Numbered from the stretch's first letter, positions 8,280-16,555 are shown. The stretch is DNA of 25,426 nt from Candidatus Harrisonbacteria bacterium RIFCSPLOWO2_02_FULL_45_10c (GCA_001818705.1 MHJM01000010.1:1-25426), one strand, 5' to 3'. The notes: generated by a model not told the origin, from the letters alone. A program made the numbers and translations.

Positions 8280-9884
8280 ATGATTATTGATAAAGAAGAA
8301 AAAACATTATTTGGGGTCATTAATTTCCGGAATCAGCAAAAAAAGTTCGGCATTAAGGTTGATGACCGTCGCCGGCATATGTATGTAATCGGAAAAACCG
8401 GTTCGGGTAAGACTACCTTGCTGGAAAATATAGCGATTGCCGATATTTTAGCCGGTCGGGGACTGGCTTTCGTAGACCCGCACGGCGATTCGGCTGAAAA
8501 ATTGCTTAATTTTATTCCGGCAGAACGCGTTAAAGACGTGGTGTATTTTAATCCGTCGGATATGGATTTTCCGATCGCCTTTAATCCGCTGGAACAAGTG
8601 GGTACCGAGTTCCGCCATTTGGTGGCATCCGGAATTATGGGAGTTTTTAAAAAGATCTGGGTGGATATGTGGTCAGCTCGGATGGAATACATCCTGAATA
8701 ACGCCTTGTTAGCGTTATTGGAATACCCAGGTTCAACCTTGCTGGGCATCATGCGGATGCTTTCGGACAAGGATTACCGAAAAAAAGTGGTTGATAACAT
8801 GAAAGATCCGGTGGTGAAAAGCTTTTGGTTGAATGAGTTTGCCCGTTACAGCCAGAAGTTTGAGACAGAGGCTACCGCGGCAATTCAAAATAAAGTCGGC
8901 CAGCTGGTCACTAACCCGCTGATCCGCAATATCTTGGGCCAGCCTCGGTCAGCCATTGATATGCGCAAAATTATGGATGACCAGAAGATTTTGATCGTTA
9001 ATTTATCCAAGGGCAGGATCGGCGAGGATAATTCCGCATTGCTAGGCGCCATGATTATTACGAAATTGCAGCTAGCGGCCATGTCGCGGGTGGATATTCC
9101 GGAGTCACAGCGCAAAGATTTTTATTTATTTGTTGATGAGTTCCAAAATTTCGCTACCGATTCATTTGCCAATATTTTATCGGAGGCCCGGAAATATCGT
9201 TTATGCTTAATTCTTGCCCATCAATATGTCGGCCAGCTGATCCACGATTCCAATAATAAGATGCGCGATGCGGTGTTTGGTAATGTGGGCACGATGGCGG
9301 CATTCCGGGTAGGCGCCGATGATGCGGAGTTTCTGGAAAAAGAGTTTCAGCCGGATTTTATGCAGACCGATTTGGTAAATCTCGCCAAATATAATTTCTA
9401 TATCAAGTTAATGATTGACGGTATTTCTTCCCGGCCGTTTTCCGCTCAGAATATTGAGCCCGCAGCGCCTCCCGCGGAAATATACCGAGACGTGATTATT
9501 GAAAATAGCCGGAAATCATACGGAACACCGCGCGAAATTGTTGATCGGAAAATATCCGGCGAGTGGCTTACTGATAGCGGAAAATTAATGGATGACCAAA
9601 TCATGCGCCAGAGCGAAAAGCCGCTTTCCCAAATACTGAAGCCAAAAGAGCATTATCAGGAAGAAAGAGTTTTTATTCCGCGCCCGCCAAAAGACCGGCT
9701 GGCTGAAGGCGGCCCACCGAGATCAAAATTCGCCGAAAGCAATCCGCCGCGGCCGCCGATAGGCCGGGAAAAAAGCAAAGTAGATGTTGCGGGATTGAGG
9801 AGTATTTTGGATAAATCAATGCATTCCGGAAACTCTAGCGGAAATTCTGATAACGATGCCGACGAAACAAAAAATCCCGCTTAA
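8280..9884 (+). CDS. TraD/VirD4/HerA-like P-loop ATPase (type IV coupling-protein-like)
   Basis: Walker A GKTGSGKT, VDPHGD, Walker B LFVDEFQNF, EARKY and AHQY motifs. Confidence 0.88.
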   Translation: MIIDKEEKTLFGVINFRNQQKKFGIKVDDRRRHMYVIGKTGSGKTTLLENIAIADILAGRGLAFVDPHGDSAEKLLNFIPAERVKDVVYFNPSDMDFPIAFNPLEQVGTEFRHLVASGIMGVFKKIWVDMWSARMEYILNNALLALLEYPGSTLLGIMRMLSDKDYRKKVVDNMKDPVVKSFWLNEFARYSQKFETEATAAIQNKVGQLVTNPLIRNILGQPRSAIDMRKIMDDQKILIVNLSKGRIGEDNSALLGAMIITKLQLAAMSRVDIPESQRKDFYLFVDEFQNFATDSFANILSEARKYRLCLILAHQYVGQLIHDSNNKMRDAVFGNVGTMAAFRVGADDAEFLEKEFQPDFMQTDLVNLAKYNFYIKLMIDGISSRPFSAQNIEPAAPPAEIYRDVIIENSRKSYGTPREIVDRKISGEWLTDSGKLMDDQIMRQSEKPLSQILKPKEHYQEERVFIPRPPKDRLAEGGPPRSKFAESNPPRPPIGREKSKVDVAGLRSILDKSMHSGNSSGNSDNDADETKNPA

Positions 9885-9900
9885 GCGGGATTTTTTGTTT
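9865..9900. terminator. Bidirectional terminator-like perfect 36-bp palindrome
   Basis: AAACAAAAAATCCCGC-TTAA-GCGGGATTTTTTGTTT, overlapping the ATPase stop and lying between convergent genes. Confidence 0.8.
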
Positions 9901-9927
9901 TAATTCAAATATTTCTAACCAAACGAG

Positions 9928-10088
9928 ACTAATCTTGAGCCAACATTGCGGAGGCTTTATTACAAATAAATGAGTGAGTAGAGAATTTATCGGGATACCC
10001 AGGAGCGAAGGCGACTAGGGTGATAAATTCTCGTTACGAACGAATATTATTTGTTAAAGCTGGAGCAGCGGTTGGCGAAAGAATTAGT
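9928..10088. repeat. Palindromic element family A, copy A3 (inverted relative to A1 and A2)
   Basis: Reverse complement shares CACCCTAGTC, TCCTGGGTATCCCGA (with A1), CTCCGCAATGTTGGCTCAA and TCGCCAACCGCTGCTCC (with A2). 11-bp stem 9981-9991/10022-10032. Lies immediately 3' of the efp stop. Confidence 0.9.
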
Positions 10089-10095
10089 TGAGTGA

Positions 10096-10668
10096 TTATT
10101 TTGATTTTTCAACCCGTTCCGTATATTGGCCGGTTTCGGTGTTAACCCGGACAACATCGCCGGTATTGACGAAGAGGGGAACGGCAACTTGGGCGCCGGT
10201 TTCCAAGATGGCCATTTTACTGCCGCCCTGGGCGGTGTTGCCGCGTTCTCCCGGGGGAGCTTCGGTAACTTTCAGGTCGGCTTTAATCGGCCCTTTAATG
10301 CTGAGTATTTGCTCATCTAATTTCATAGCGGTGACGTCGCTATTCGGTTTTAAGAACTTGCTTTGCGGGCCGATTTTTTCTTCCGGGATTTTGAACCGAT
10401 TTTTAGGATTGCCTTTTTCACAGAACCAAAACTCGCCCCGATGATTGTAGAGATAGGTGATCGGTATCTTATCTACTTCAATGGATTCCAACGCTTCGTT
10501 TTGGTGGAAGTTCCGTTCCAAGATCTGGCCGGTAAAGAGATTCCGGATCTTGGTTTTCGCCACCGGCTTGCGCTGCTGCATGCGGAGGAACTCATATTCA
10601 ACAACTTCATAAGGAGTGCCTTCAAATTTGAACATCGTCCCGATTTTCAGTTCGTTGTAACTTAACAT
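10096..10668 (-). CDS. efp: Translation elongation factor P
   Basis: Ungapped match to the EF-P pattern (PYEVVEYEF..., RGNTAQGGSK, LETGAQVAVPLFVNTGD, NTETGQYTERV). Confidence 0.95.
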   Translation of the reverse strand: MLSYNELKIGTMFKFEGTPYEVVEYEFLRMQQRKPVAKTKIRNLFTGQILERNFHQNEALESIEVDKIPITYLYNHRGEFWFCEKGNPKNRFKIPEEKIGPQSKFLKPNSDVTAMKLDEQILSIKGPIKADLKVTEAPPGERGNTAQGGSKMAILETGAQVAVPLFVNTGDVVRVNTETGQYTERVEKSK

Positions 10669-10672
10669 AGTA

Positions 10673-10941
10673 GAACCTATCCCAATAATAGCTCCCGAAA
10701 GCGATACTAGCCAATTTTATTCAGAACCAGGAACGAGGAGAAAATCGTAGCTTGAGCTACCTTTCCGACGAGTGACGCCGTTATGAATAAAATTGATTGT
10801 ATCCCGAAGGGTTGTTATTAAAATGAATTATCTCGTTGTCATTCCTCCTAGGAGTATCCAAAGATACACCCTCGTCGTCATTTCTTGATATAATTCATTT
10901 TAACTAACAACGCGTTTAGGGATTATTATTGGGATAGGTTC
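10673..10941. repeat. Three-armed palindromic element C upstream of efp
   Basis: Perfect 18-bp terminal inverted repeat 10673-10690/10924-10941. It encloses two long hairpins (12-bp stem 10712-10723/10784-10795; 14-bp stem 10818-10831/10890-10903) whose cores are related in opposite orientation. Confidence 0.85.
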
Positions 10942-10946
10942 AAAAT

Positions 10947-10976
10947 ATTCTATAACGCAACCCAGTATTTTTGCAA
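10947..10976 (-). promoter_or_regulatory. Putative efp promoter
   Basis: Minus strand TTGCAA-18 nt-TAGAAT. The predicted start site falls at the edge of element C (about 10941). Confidence 0.5.
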
Positions 10977-11186
10977 CATTCGGGCTGGCGGTGGGATCAT
11001 TCAGAAATTACCAGAGAGTATCCTCCTGACGGCACCGGCGTTCGCCGATTCCAGCGATCGGCGCCGCCTACACCTCGTCCCGATTCTCCTAATGGAACCA
11101 AGCAAATCGGGATTCCGGAGTTGCCGCACGGAGGATACTCTCTGGTTATAAATGGAGGCGATGTTGCAAAAATACTGGGTTGCGTT
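10954..11186 (+). repeat. Element family D, copy D1 (contains nested B2)
   Basis: Perfect 26-bp inverted repeat 10954-10979/11161-11186, enclosing TCGGGCTGGCGGTGGGA (10980-10996) and AATGGAGGCG (11151-11160). Both motifs are identical in D2. Confidence 0.88.
11010..11146 (-). repeat. Structured element family B, copy B2
   Basis: Perfect 17-bp closing stem 11010-11026/11130-11146. Minus strand carries GTGCGGCAA, GCTTGGT, GAGGTGTAG and CCGGTGCC. Confidence 0.92.
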
Positions 11187-11194
11187 GTTATATT
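11164..11194 (+). promoter_or_regulatory. Putative promoter of the nucleotidyltransferase gene
   Basis: TTGCAA (11164-11169) and TATATT (11189-11194), a long 19-nt spacer; ATG 7 nt downstream. Confidence 0.4.
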
Positions 11195-11201
11195 GAATGA
11201 T

Positions 11202-11930
11202 ATGGCTATAGTCAAAAAAGCAATAATTTTAGCGGGAGGAAAAGGCACTCGGCTTTATCCGGTGACTTTGGAAACTCCAAAGCCGCTTTTAACCGTGAAT
11301 AAAAAACCGATTATCAATTACCTGATTGACATGTTCCGCCGGCACGGCGTTACGGAAATAGCCGTTACCGTCCGGGAAAGCGATTTTGATGATTTTTCCT
11401 GGTGGCTTCGCCGCTGGCAGAATAATCTGGTCAATCTGATAGTGGAAAAAGAGCCGATGGGGACGTTCGGGCTTTGGGCGCACCAGCTCCATACCTGGAC
11501 CGGCAACGAACCGTTTTTCCTGACTAATGGTGATGAGTTAAAAGATATTAATCTATTCGAGATGACAGCGCATCATGAAAAAATAGGCGGCTTAGCGACT
11601 ATTGCGGCAGTGGAAGTTCCGAATCCGAATGAATATGGAGTAATTGTTTTTGACGGCCAGCGCATTAAAGAATTTTTGGAAAAACCGGAGCATCCGCCGA
11701 CTAAATTCATTTCTTCCGGCTTATATATTTTAGAGCCGGGAATCCGGGAAATGATTGCCGATAAAGTTAAATCTGGAGAAAAATTTTTGATGATAGAAAA
11801 AGATTTATTTCCGAAATTGGCAGCGGAAAAGAAATTGGCCGCCTATCGGTCAAAAGGGAAGTGGTTTGATTGCGGCAATCTCGAGCGTTGGGAAAAAGCG
11901 ATTAAGGAGTGGGGTCCGGAAACAAAATAA
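11202..11930 (+). CDS. Nucleotidyltransferase (NTP_transferase family, sugar-1-phosphate nucleotidylyltransferase-like)
   Basis: KAIILAGGKGTRLYP, PKPLL, EKEPMGT, NGD, FLEKP and WFDCG motifs. Start reassigned to the ATG at 11202. Confidence 0.9.
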   Translation: MAIVKKAIILAGGKGTRLYPVTLETPKPLLTVNKKPIINYLIDMFRRHGVTEIAVTVRESDFDDFSWWLRRWQNNLVNLIVEKEPMGTFGLWAHQLHTWTGNEPFFLTNGDELKDINLFEMTAHHEKIGGLATIAAVEVPNPNEYGVIVFDGQRIKEFLEKPEHPPTKFISSGLYILEPGIREMIADKVKSGEKFLMIEKDLFPKLAAEKKLAAYRSKGKWFDCGNLERWEKAIKEWGPETK

Positions 11931-11958
11931 TGCCTTTGGATATCCAAAGGCATTATTT
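11925..11958. terminator. Bidirectional terminator-like perfect 34-bp palindrome
   Basis: AAATAATGCCTTTGGATATCCAAAGGCATTATTT, between convergent genes. Confidence 0.75.
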
Positions 11959-11989
11959 ATTCCACTTTCTTAATTTCCGGAAACTATTC

Positions 11990-12370
11990 CTACTCAAACC
12001 ATTCTTTTAAGGTCTTTGGCCAGCCGACTAATAAAAGCAGAGCTAGCGGGGCTCCCCAGTTAGCGGAACGCTCAATCAGATCCCAAACCGGCATTCCGAC
12101 TAATGGCCGGATCAGCGCGGTCCAAAATCCCCAAAATGCCATCCAAAGAAGCGCGATGCGAACCGGTTTTATTAAAATCAGGAGCGCCAGCGCAATATCT
12201 AAAACCCCGACTAAGAACAATAATTGGGTCGCTAAACCGGCATCGGAAATTCCGAAGTTAGCAAACCAGCCGACCCAATCTTTTTTACCTTGCAAAGCGA
12301 AGACGCCGTGGCCGATGAATTCTCCTGCCACGGAAATCCGCAATACCCATCCAATTAATTTAGCATTCAT
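11990..12370 (-). CDS. DoxX-like small membrane protein
   Basis: Four hydrophobic segments, LRISVAGEFIGHG motif and IERSANWGAPLALL motif. Confidence 0.6.
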   Translation of the reverse strand: MNAKLIGWVLRISVAGEFIGHGVFALQGKKDWVGWFANFGISDAGLATQLLFLVGVLDIALALLILIKPVRIALLWMAFWGFWTALIRPLVGMPVWDLIERSANWGAPLALLLLVGWPKTLKEWFE

Positions 12371-12426
12371 ATTTTAAGTTATAAAATTTATCCGACCTTT
12401 TCAAAATCTGTTTCAATATAATTATA

Positions 12427-14781
12427 TCAAATTTTTAACCGCTTTAACCGCAAAGAGTTTAAAACTACGGACAAAGAAGAAAAAGCCATCGCGCCGCCGG
12501 CTAAAATCGGATTAAGTAATATTTCCCACTGCGGCCAAAGCAAACCAGCCGCTACCGGAATTAAAAGAATATTGTAAATAAATGCCCAAAACAAATTCTG
12601 TTTAATGTTAATGAGAGTTTTCCGACTAATCAGAATGGCATTAGCTACCCCCAACGGATCTCCCGCCACTAGAGTAATATCGGCGGACTCAATCGCAATA
12701 TCCGTGCCGGTACCAATGGCGATTCCCACATCTGCCTGCGTAAGCGCCGGCGCGTCATTGATGCCGTCGCCGACCATTGCCACCCTTTTCCCCAAAGCTT
12801 GCAATTTTTTTACTTTCTCCGCCTTGTCTTGCGGTAAAACCCGCGCCATTACCTTATCAATTCCGACAATACGCGAAATCGCGTTGGCCGTCCGCTCATT
12901 ATCGCCGGTAATAAGCCACACTTCTAAGCCCAGAGATTGCAATCGCTGAACGGCTTCTTTGGCGGTTGATTTAATAGTATCCGCTACGGCGATAATCCCA
13001 ATAAGCATCCGGTCATCAGCAAGAAGCAAAAGAGTTTTGCCATCATTTTCCAATTTTTCAATTAATTCCTGATTAGTCGAAAGATCAATTTTTTTTGATT
13101 CCATCAAAGCCGCATTGCCAAAATAAAGTTTTTTATTGCCTTTTTCTGTTATAACATCTCCTTCAATGCCTTGTCCGGGAATGGCCTTAAAATTTTTCAC
13201 TTCGTAAAGCCGGGTTTTTTCCGCGGCGGCTTTTACCGCCTTATCCAACGGATGAGATGAAAGAGAGCCTAAGCTTGCCGCGTAAGCAACAATAGATTGC
13301 GCAATCGGGTGTTCGGATAATTTTTCCAGAGATGCGGCATAACGCACGACCTTATTCCCATCATCTTTAAAAAATGCAACTACATCGGTCACTGCCGGTT
13401 CGCCTTTAGTTAAAGTTCCGGTTTTGTCTAAAATAACCGCATTTATTTTACCGGCTAGTTCCAGCGCTTCCGCGTCACGGATAATTACTCCATGCTCCGC
13501 CGCCTTACCGGTGCCGACCATGATAGAAGTCGGAGTCGCCAGTCCCATGGCGCATGGGCAAGCTACTACCAGCACCGCAATAGAATTAACGAGCGCGAAA
13601 AAAAACGCCGGAGCCGGTCCGAAAACAAGCCAAACAACAAAAGCAGCCGCGGCTATTATCAGCACCACCGGAACAAAATAAGAAACTACCAAATCGGCGA
13701 ACTTTTGAATCGGCGCTCGGCTGGCCTGAGCCGCTTCCACCATGGCAACTATTTGCGCCAAAAAAGAATCTTTGCCGACTTTTGTCGCTTTCATTTTAAA
13801 ACTGGAAGTTTTATTGATAGTTGCCCCAATAACCGCGTCGCCTTCTTTCTTGTCAACCGGCAAGGATTCACCGGTCACCATTGATTCATCAAGGGTCGCC
13901 GTTCCTTCAATAATCACCCCATCCACCGGAATTTTTTCTCCCGGCTTTACGATAAGAATATCATCGGACACCACTTTTTCAATCGGAACTTCCATTTCAT
14001 GTTTCCCTTCGTGTAAAAGATGGGCGGTTTTTGCCTGCAATTTCAAAAGTTTTTTTATCGCTTCCGATGCCGATCCCTTGGCTTTTGCTTCCAGATACTT
14101 TCCTAAAATAACCAATGTCGTTACCACCGCCGCCACATCGAAAAAAACATCTAATTTAATTCCTAATTTCCAATTACTAATTTCTAAAAAAGTTACAGCC
14201 AAACCGGAAAAATACGCCGCGCCGGTGCCAAGCGCCACCAGCGTATCCATATTAACATCCCGGCGCTTAAGCGATGCCCAACTGCTGGTCCAAAATTGCT
14301 TTCCCACCCAAAATTCTACCGGCGTGGTTAAAATTAAAAGCAAGAAAAATCTTGCGCCCTTCGGAAAAATTTCTCCTATAAAAGAGAAATAATCCGGTAA
14401 ACTTAAAAATATGATAATGCCGGATAAAATCGCCCCCCATAAAAATTTAGTCCAAAGCTTTTTAATTTCTTCCTCCTTTAACATTTTGGCATGATCATGC
14501 CCCTCCATTTCTCCGGGCATTTGCACCCTATTCATTTGATGGCCTTCGTGGCCAGGCGGCAAAGTTCGTTCCTCAATTAATTCATAGCCGGTTTTTTCCT
14601 TGACGGCGCTTTGGAGCCGAAAACTATCAATCGGTCCGTCGCTTTCAACTACCGCTTTCTCGGTCGCGTAATTGACATTTGCCGATGATAATTCCGGTAT
14701 TTCTTTTAATGCCTTTTCAATTGTAAGGGCGCAAGATGCGCAATCCATACCTCTTACTATGAATATCTTTTTTTGTTTCAT
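12427..14781 (-). CDS. copA: Cu(+)-exporting P1B-type ATPase
   Basis: N-terminal GMDCASC heavy-metal domain, His/Met linker, TGES, CPC, DKTGT, HP, GDGIND, and YN and MxxSS Cu(I) signature motifs. Confidence 0.95.
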   Translation of the reverse strand: MKQKKIFIVRGMDCASCALTIEKALKEIPELSSANVNYATEKAVVESDGPIDSFRLQSAVKEKTGYELIEERTLPPGHEGHQMNRVQMPGEMEGHDHAKMLKEEEIKKLWTKFLWGAILSGIIIFLSLPDYFSFIGEIFPKGARFFLLLILTTPVEFWVGKQFWTSSWASLKRRDVNMDTLVALGTGAAYFSGLAVTFLEISNWKLGIKLDVFFDVAAVVTTLVILGKYLEAKAKGSASEAIKKLLKLQAKTAHLLHEGKHEMEVPIEKVVSDDILIVKPGEKIPVDGVIIEGTATLDESMVTGESLPVDKKEGDAVIGATINKTSSFKMKATKVGKDSFLAQIVAMVEAAQASRAPIQKFADLVVSYFVPVVLIIAAAAFVVWLVFGPAPAFFFALVNSIAVLVVACPCAMGLATPTSIMVGTGKAAEHGVIIRDAEALELAGKINAVILDKTGTLTKGEPAVTDVVAFFKDDGNKVVRYAASLEKLSEHPIAQSIVAYAASLGSLSSHPLDKAVKAAAEKTRLYEVKNFKAIPGQGIEGDVITEKGNKKLYFGNAALMESKKIDLSTNQELIEKLENDGKTLLLLADDRMLIGIIAVADTIKSTAKEAVQRLQSLGLEVWLITGDNERTANAISRIVGIDKVMARVLPQDKAEKVKKLQALGKRVAMVGDGINDAPALTQADVGIAIGTGTDIAIESADITLVAGDPLGVANAILISRKTLINIKQNLFWAFIYNILLIPVAAGLLWPQWEILLNPILAGGAMAFSSLSVVLNSLRLKRLKI

Positions 14782-14787
14782 AATTTT

Positions 14788-15561
14788 TTATTCAGATTTT
14801 TTATGCAGTAAGGCGTAATATAATGAAACAGCAACTGATCCCAATACTATCCAGAAAATAAATTCTTCCAACGGAAAACGCACAATGCCAAAACTTACAT
14901 AACCGATAAATTGACGTTCCGCCGGAAATGTCCATTGTCCTAATAATAAAGCGGTAATTTCGTAGATTAAAGAGAGCGAGAGCAAATAGATGCCGGTCCA
15001 GAAAAATTTTAGGTAGAAATCAGGAAACTTAAACAAGGAAAAAATAATTGGCGGCAATACCAACAAAAAACCGATTTTGAGGTAAAAATAATTGATTTCT
15101 AAAATCTTGGGAGCTGTCAGTAAAGCCACTAAAAATAAAGCAAAAATCACGAAAAAGACTGCGGCAAAATATTTCACTGCTGGCCTGTATAGTTGATGGG
15201 TGCAGCTTTGGTCCAAAAAATTTTCATAAAACATCGCTACTAAATAAAGATAGAGGAAAAGCCAGATTATCTGTTCTAAGGTCACGTATCCGAAAAGCCG
15301 GAAATCCCCAAAAACCGAGTACGGCAGAAACCAGCCGCCAGTCAATTCCATCACATAATCAATAACGATTGCCAGCGGCACGCTGGCGATTACGGAAAAA
15401 AGCGCCGCCATCTTAATGCAGGACGGTTTGCGGGCAGAAAGATAAATAGCCGGCACCCCTAAGAAAAGCAGCATAGAAATCATAACGTCTGCGCGAACCA
15501 AAAAAGAAATCGCCGAAGCTATTATTGGCCAAATTATTAATGGTAGAAAAATTTTAATCAT
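14788..15561 (-). CDS. Multi-pass membrane protein with two lycopene-cyclase-like (PxEE/TLEQ) repeats
   Basis: Two repeats of the pattern G.W.(F/L)P...G.....(T/P)LE(Q/E)..(W/F), ending in TLEQIIW and PLEEFIFW. Confidence 0.65.
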   Translation of the reverse strand: MIKIFLPLIIWPIIASAISFLVRADVMISMLLFLGVPAIYLSARKPSCIKMAALFSVIASVPLAIVIDYVMELTGGWFLPYSVFGDFRLFGYVTLEQIIWLFLYLYLVAMFYENFLDQSCTHQLYRPAVKYFAAVFFVIFALFLVALLTAPKILEINYFYLKIGFLLVLPPIIFSLFKFPDFYLKFFWTGIYLLSLSLIYEITALLLGQWTFPAERQFIGYVSFGIVRFPLEEFIFWIVLGSVAVSLYYALLHKKSE

Positions 15562-15820
15562 AATCCCTTAGTTTATATATTATTCGTTTTTAACTTTTTT
15601 AAACATAAGCCACAGAGAAACTATTGTACCGGCGCCGCCTCAAGCATAGCCATTGCAATTGCGTACGCCAAAAGCGCAGGAATAATTTTTTATTGATTTA
15701 TTCGAGGTTATTCTTTTTATGATTTCCATTATGTTTATGCCCCCGTTTTATTGATTTGGCAATAATGTTTTTCGTTATCCATAGATTTATTATTTCACTA
15801 AATTATTTTTTTTCAGACTT

Positions 15821-16021
15821 TTATTGATTCTTATTATCTATGCCAAACAGGCGATGAAGCCAGCACCAACCAAGAAAACTTTCTAAAAGAGCAATCCATC
15901 CTACGGCAGCAATAAGCCAATTCGCCCATTCGGCACTAAATTGCGGAGCCAGCGGACTAAGCCACCAGACTGCCAGCGCAAAACGCAAAATTCTGTCTAA
16001 TTTTCCTAAATTTTGATTCAT
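15821..16021 (-). CDS. DUF2892/YgaP-like inner membrane protein
   Basis: NLGKLDRILR N-terminus, two TM helices, and GWCWLHRLFGI tail. Confidence 0.8.
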   Translation of the reverse strand: MNQNLGKLDRILRFALAVWWLSPLAPQFSAEWANWLIAAVGWIALLESFLGWCWLHRLFGIDNKNQ

Positions 16022-16060
16022 ATATTTTTTTAAAAATTGTTAAATGATATCTTCGACCTT

Positions 16061-16234
16061 TTAATGGCAACAGCCACCGTGAGGATGCTGCGATTGTTCT
16101 TCAACTGTTTGTTTCCGATATTCCTCTTTGCAGTTTTCGGAACAAAACTTTTTTCCGAACTCTTCGGGATAATTTCTTCCTTTTTCCAGTTCCATTTTAC
16201 AAACTGGACATTTTTGTTTGAAAAATTTAAACAT
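16061..16234 (-). CDS. YHS/TRASH-domain metal-binding protein (57 aa, not in the ORF track)
   Basis: Translated by hand: MFKFFKQKCPVCKMELEKGRNYPEEFGKKFCSENCKEEYRKQTVEEQSQHPHGGCCH. Confidence 0.85.
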   Translation of the reverse strand: MFKFFKQKCPVCKMELEKGRNYPEEFGKKFCSENCKEEYRKQTVEEQSQHPHGGCCH

Positions 16235-16247
16235 ATTTTTTTATTAA

Positions 16248-16517
16248 TTATCTTCGTTTTGAAAGTTTAAAAACTGCGAGAATTTCTTTTACCGCCTGCT
16301 TGCCCCTGCCTCGTTGCGCCTGATCAATCGCATGAACTTCCAGATGATGTTCTAAGAGCAAATCTTCTACTTTCGAAAGCGCTTCTTTGGCAGCCGACGA
16401 TTGCCGAAGAATATCAATGCAATACACTTCTTGCTTCACCAGGCGCTGGAGCCCCCGAATCTGCCCCTCCGCAATCCGAAGGCGCCGCAATACTTTTTGC
16501 TGGATATTTTTTTTCAT
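16248..16517 (-). CDS. csoR: CsoR/RcnR-family metal-sensing repressor
   Basis: RRLRIAEGQIRGL, YCIDIL and HHLEVH motifs. ATG at 16517 lies directly downstream of the promoter and operator. Confidence 0.88.
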   Translation of the reverse strand: MKKNIQQKVLRRLRIAEGQIRGLQRLVKQEVYCIDILRQSSAAKEALSKVEDLLLEHHLEVHAIDQAQRGRGKQAVKEILAVFKLSKRR

Positions 16518-16523
16518 ATCCTT

Positions 16524-16552
16524 ATAATACCCCCTCGGGGTATTGCTGTCAA
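16524..16552 (-). promoter_or_regulatory. Sigma70 promoter with an overlapping CsoR-type operator
   Basis: Minus strand TTGACA-17 nt-TATTAT. Palindrome AATACCCC-CTC-GGGGTATT (16526-16544) sits in the spacer and matches the TAC-C/G-tract-GTA pattern of CsoR/RcnR operators. Confidence 0.85.
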
Positions 16553-16555
16553 ATG

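Noticed and set aside
10971-11201. 77-aa N-terminal extension of the nucleotidyltransferase in the ORF track
   Set aside because: It translates the D1/B2 repeat DNA. The family's first motif (KAIILAGG) starts right after the ATG at 11202, which has a -10 box 7 nt upstream.
16037-16270. Plus-strand 77-aa ORF from the track
   Set aside because: It is the shadow of the minus-strand YHS gene at 16061-16234, which fits the operon.
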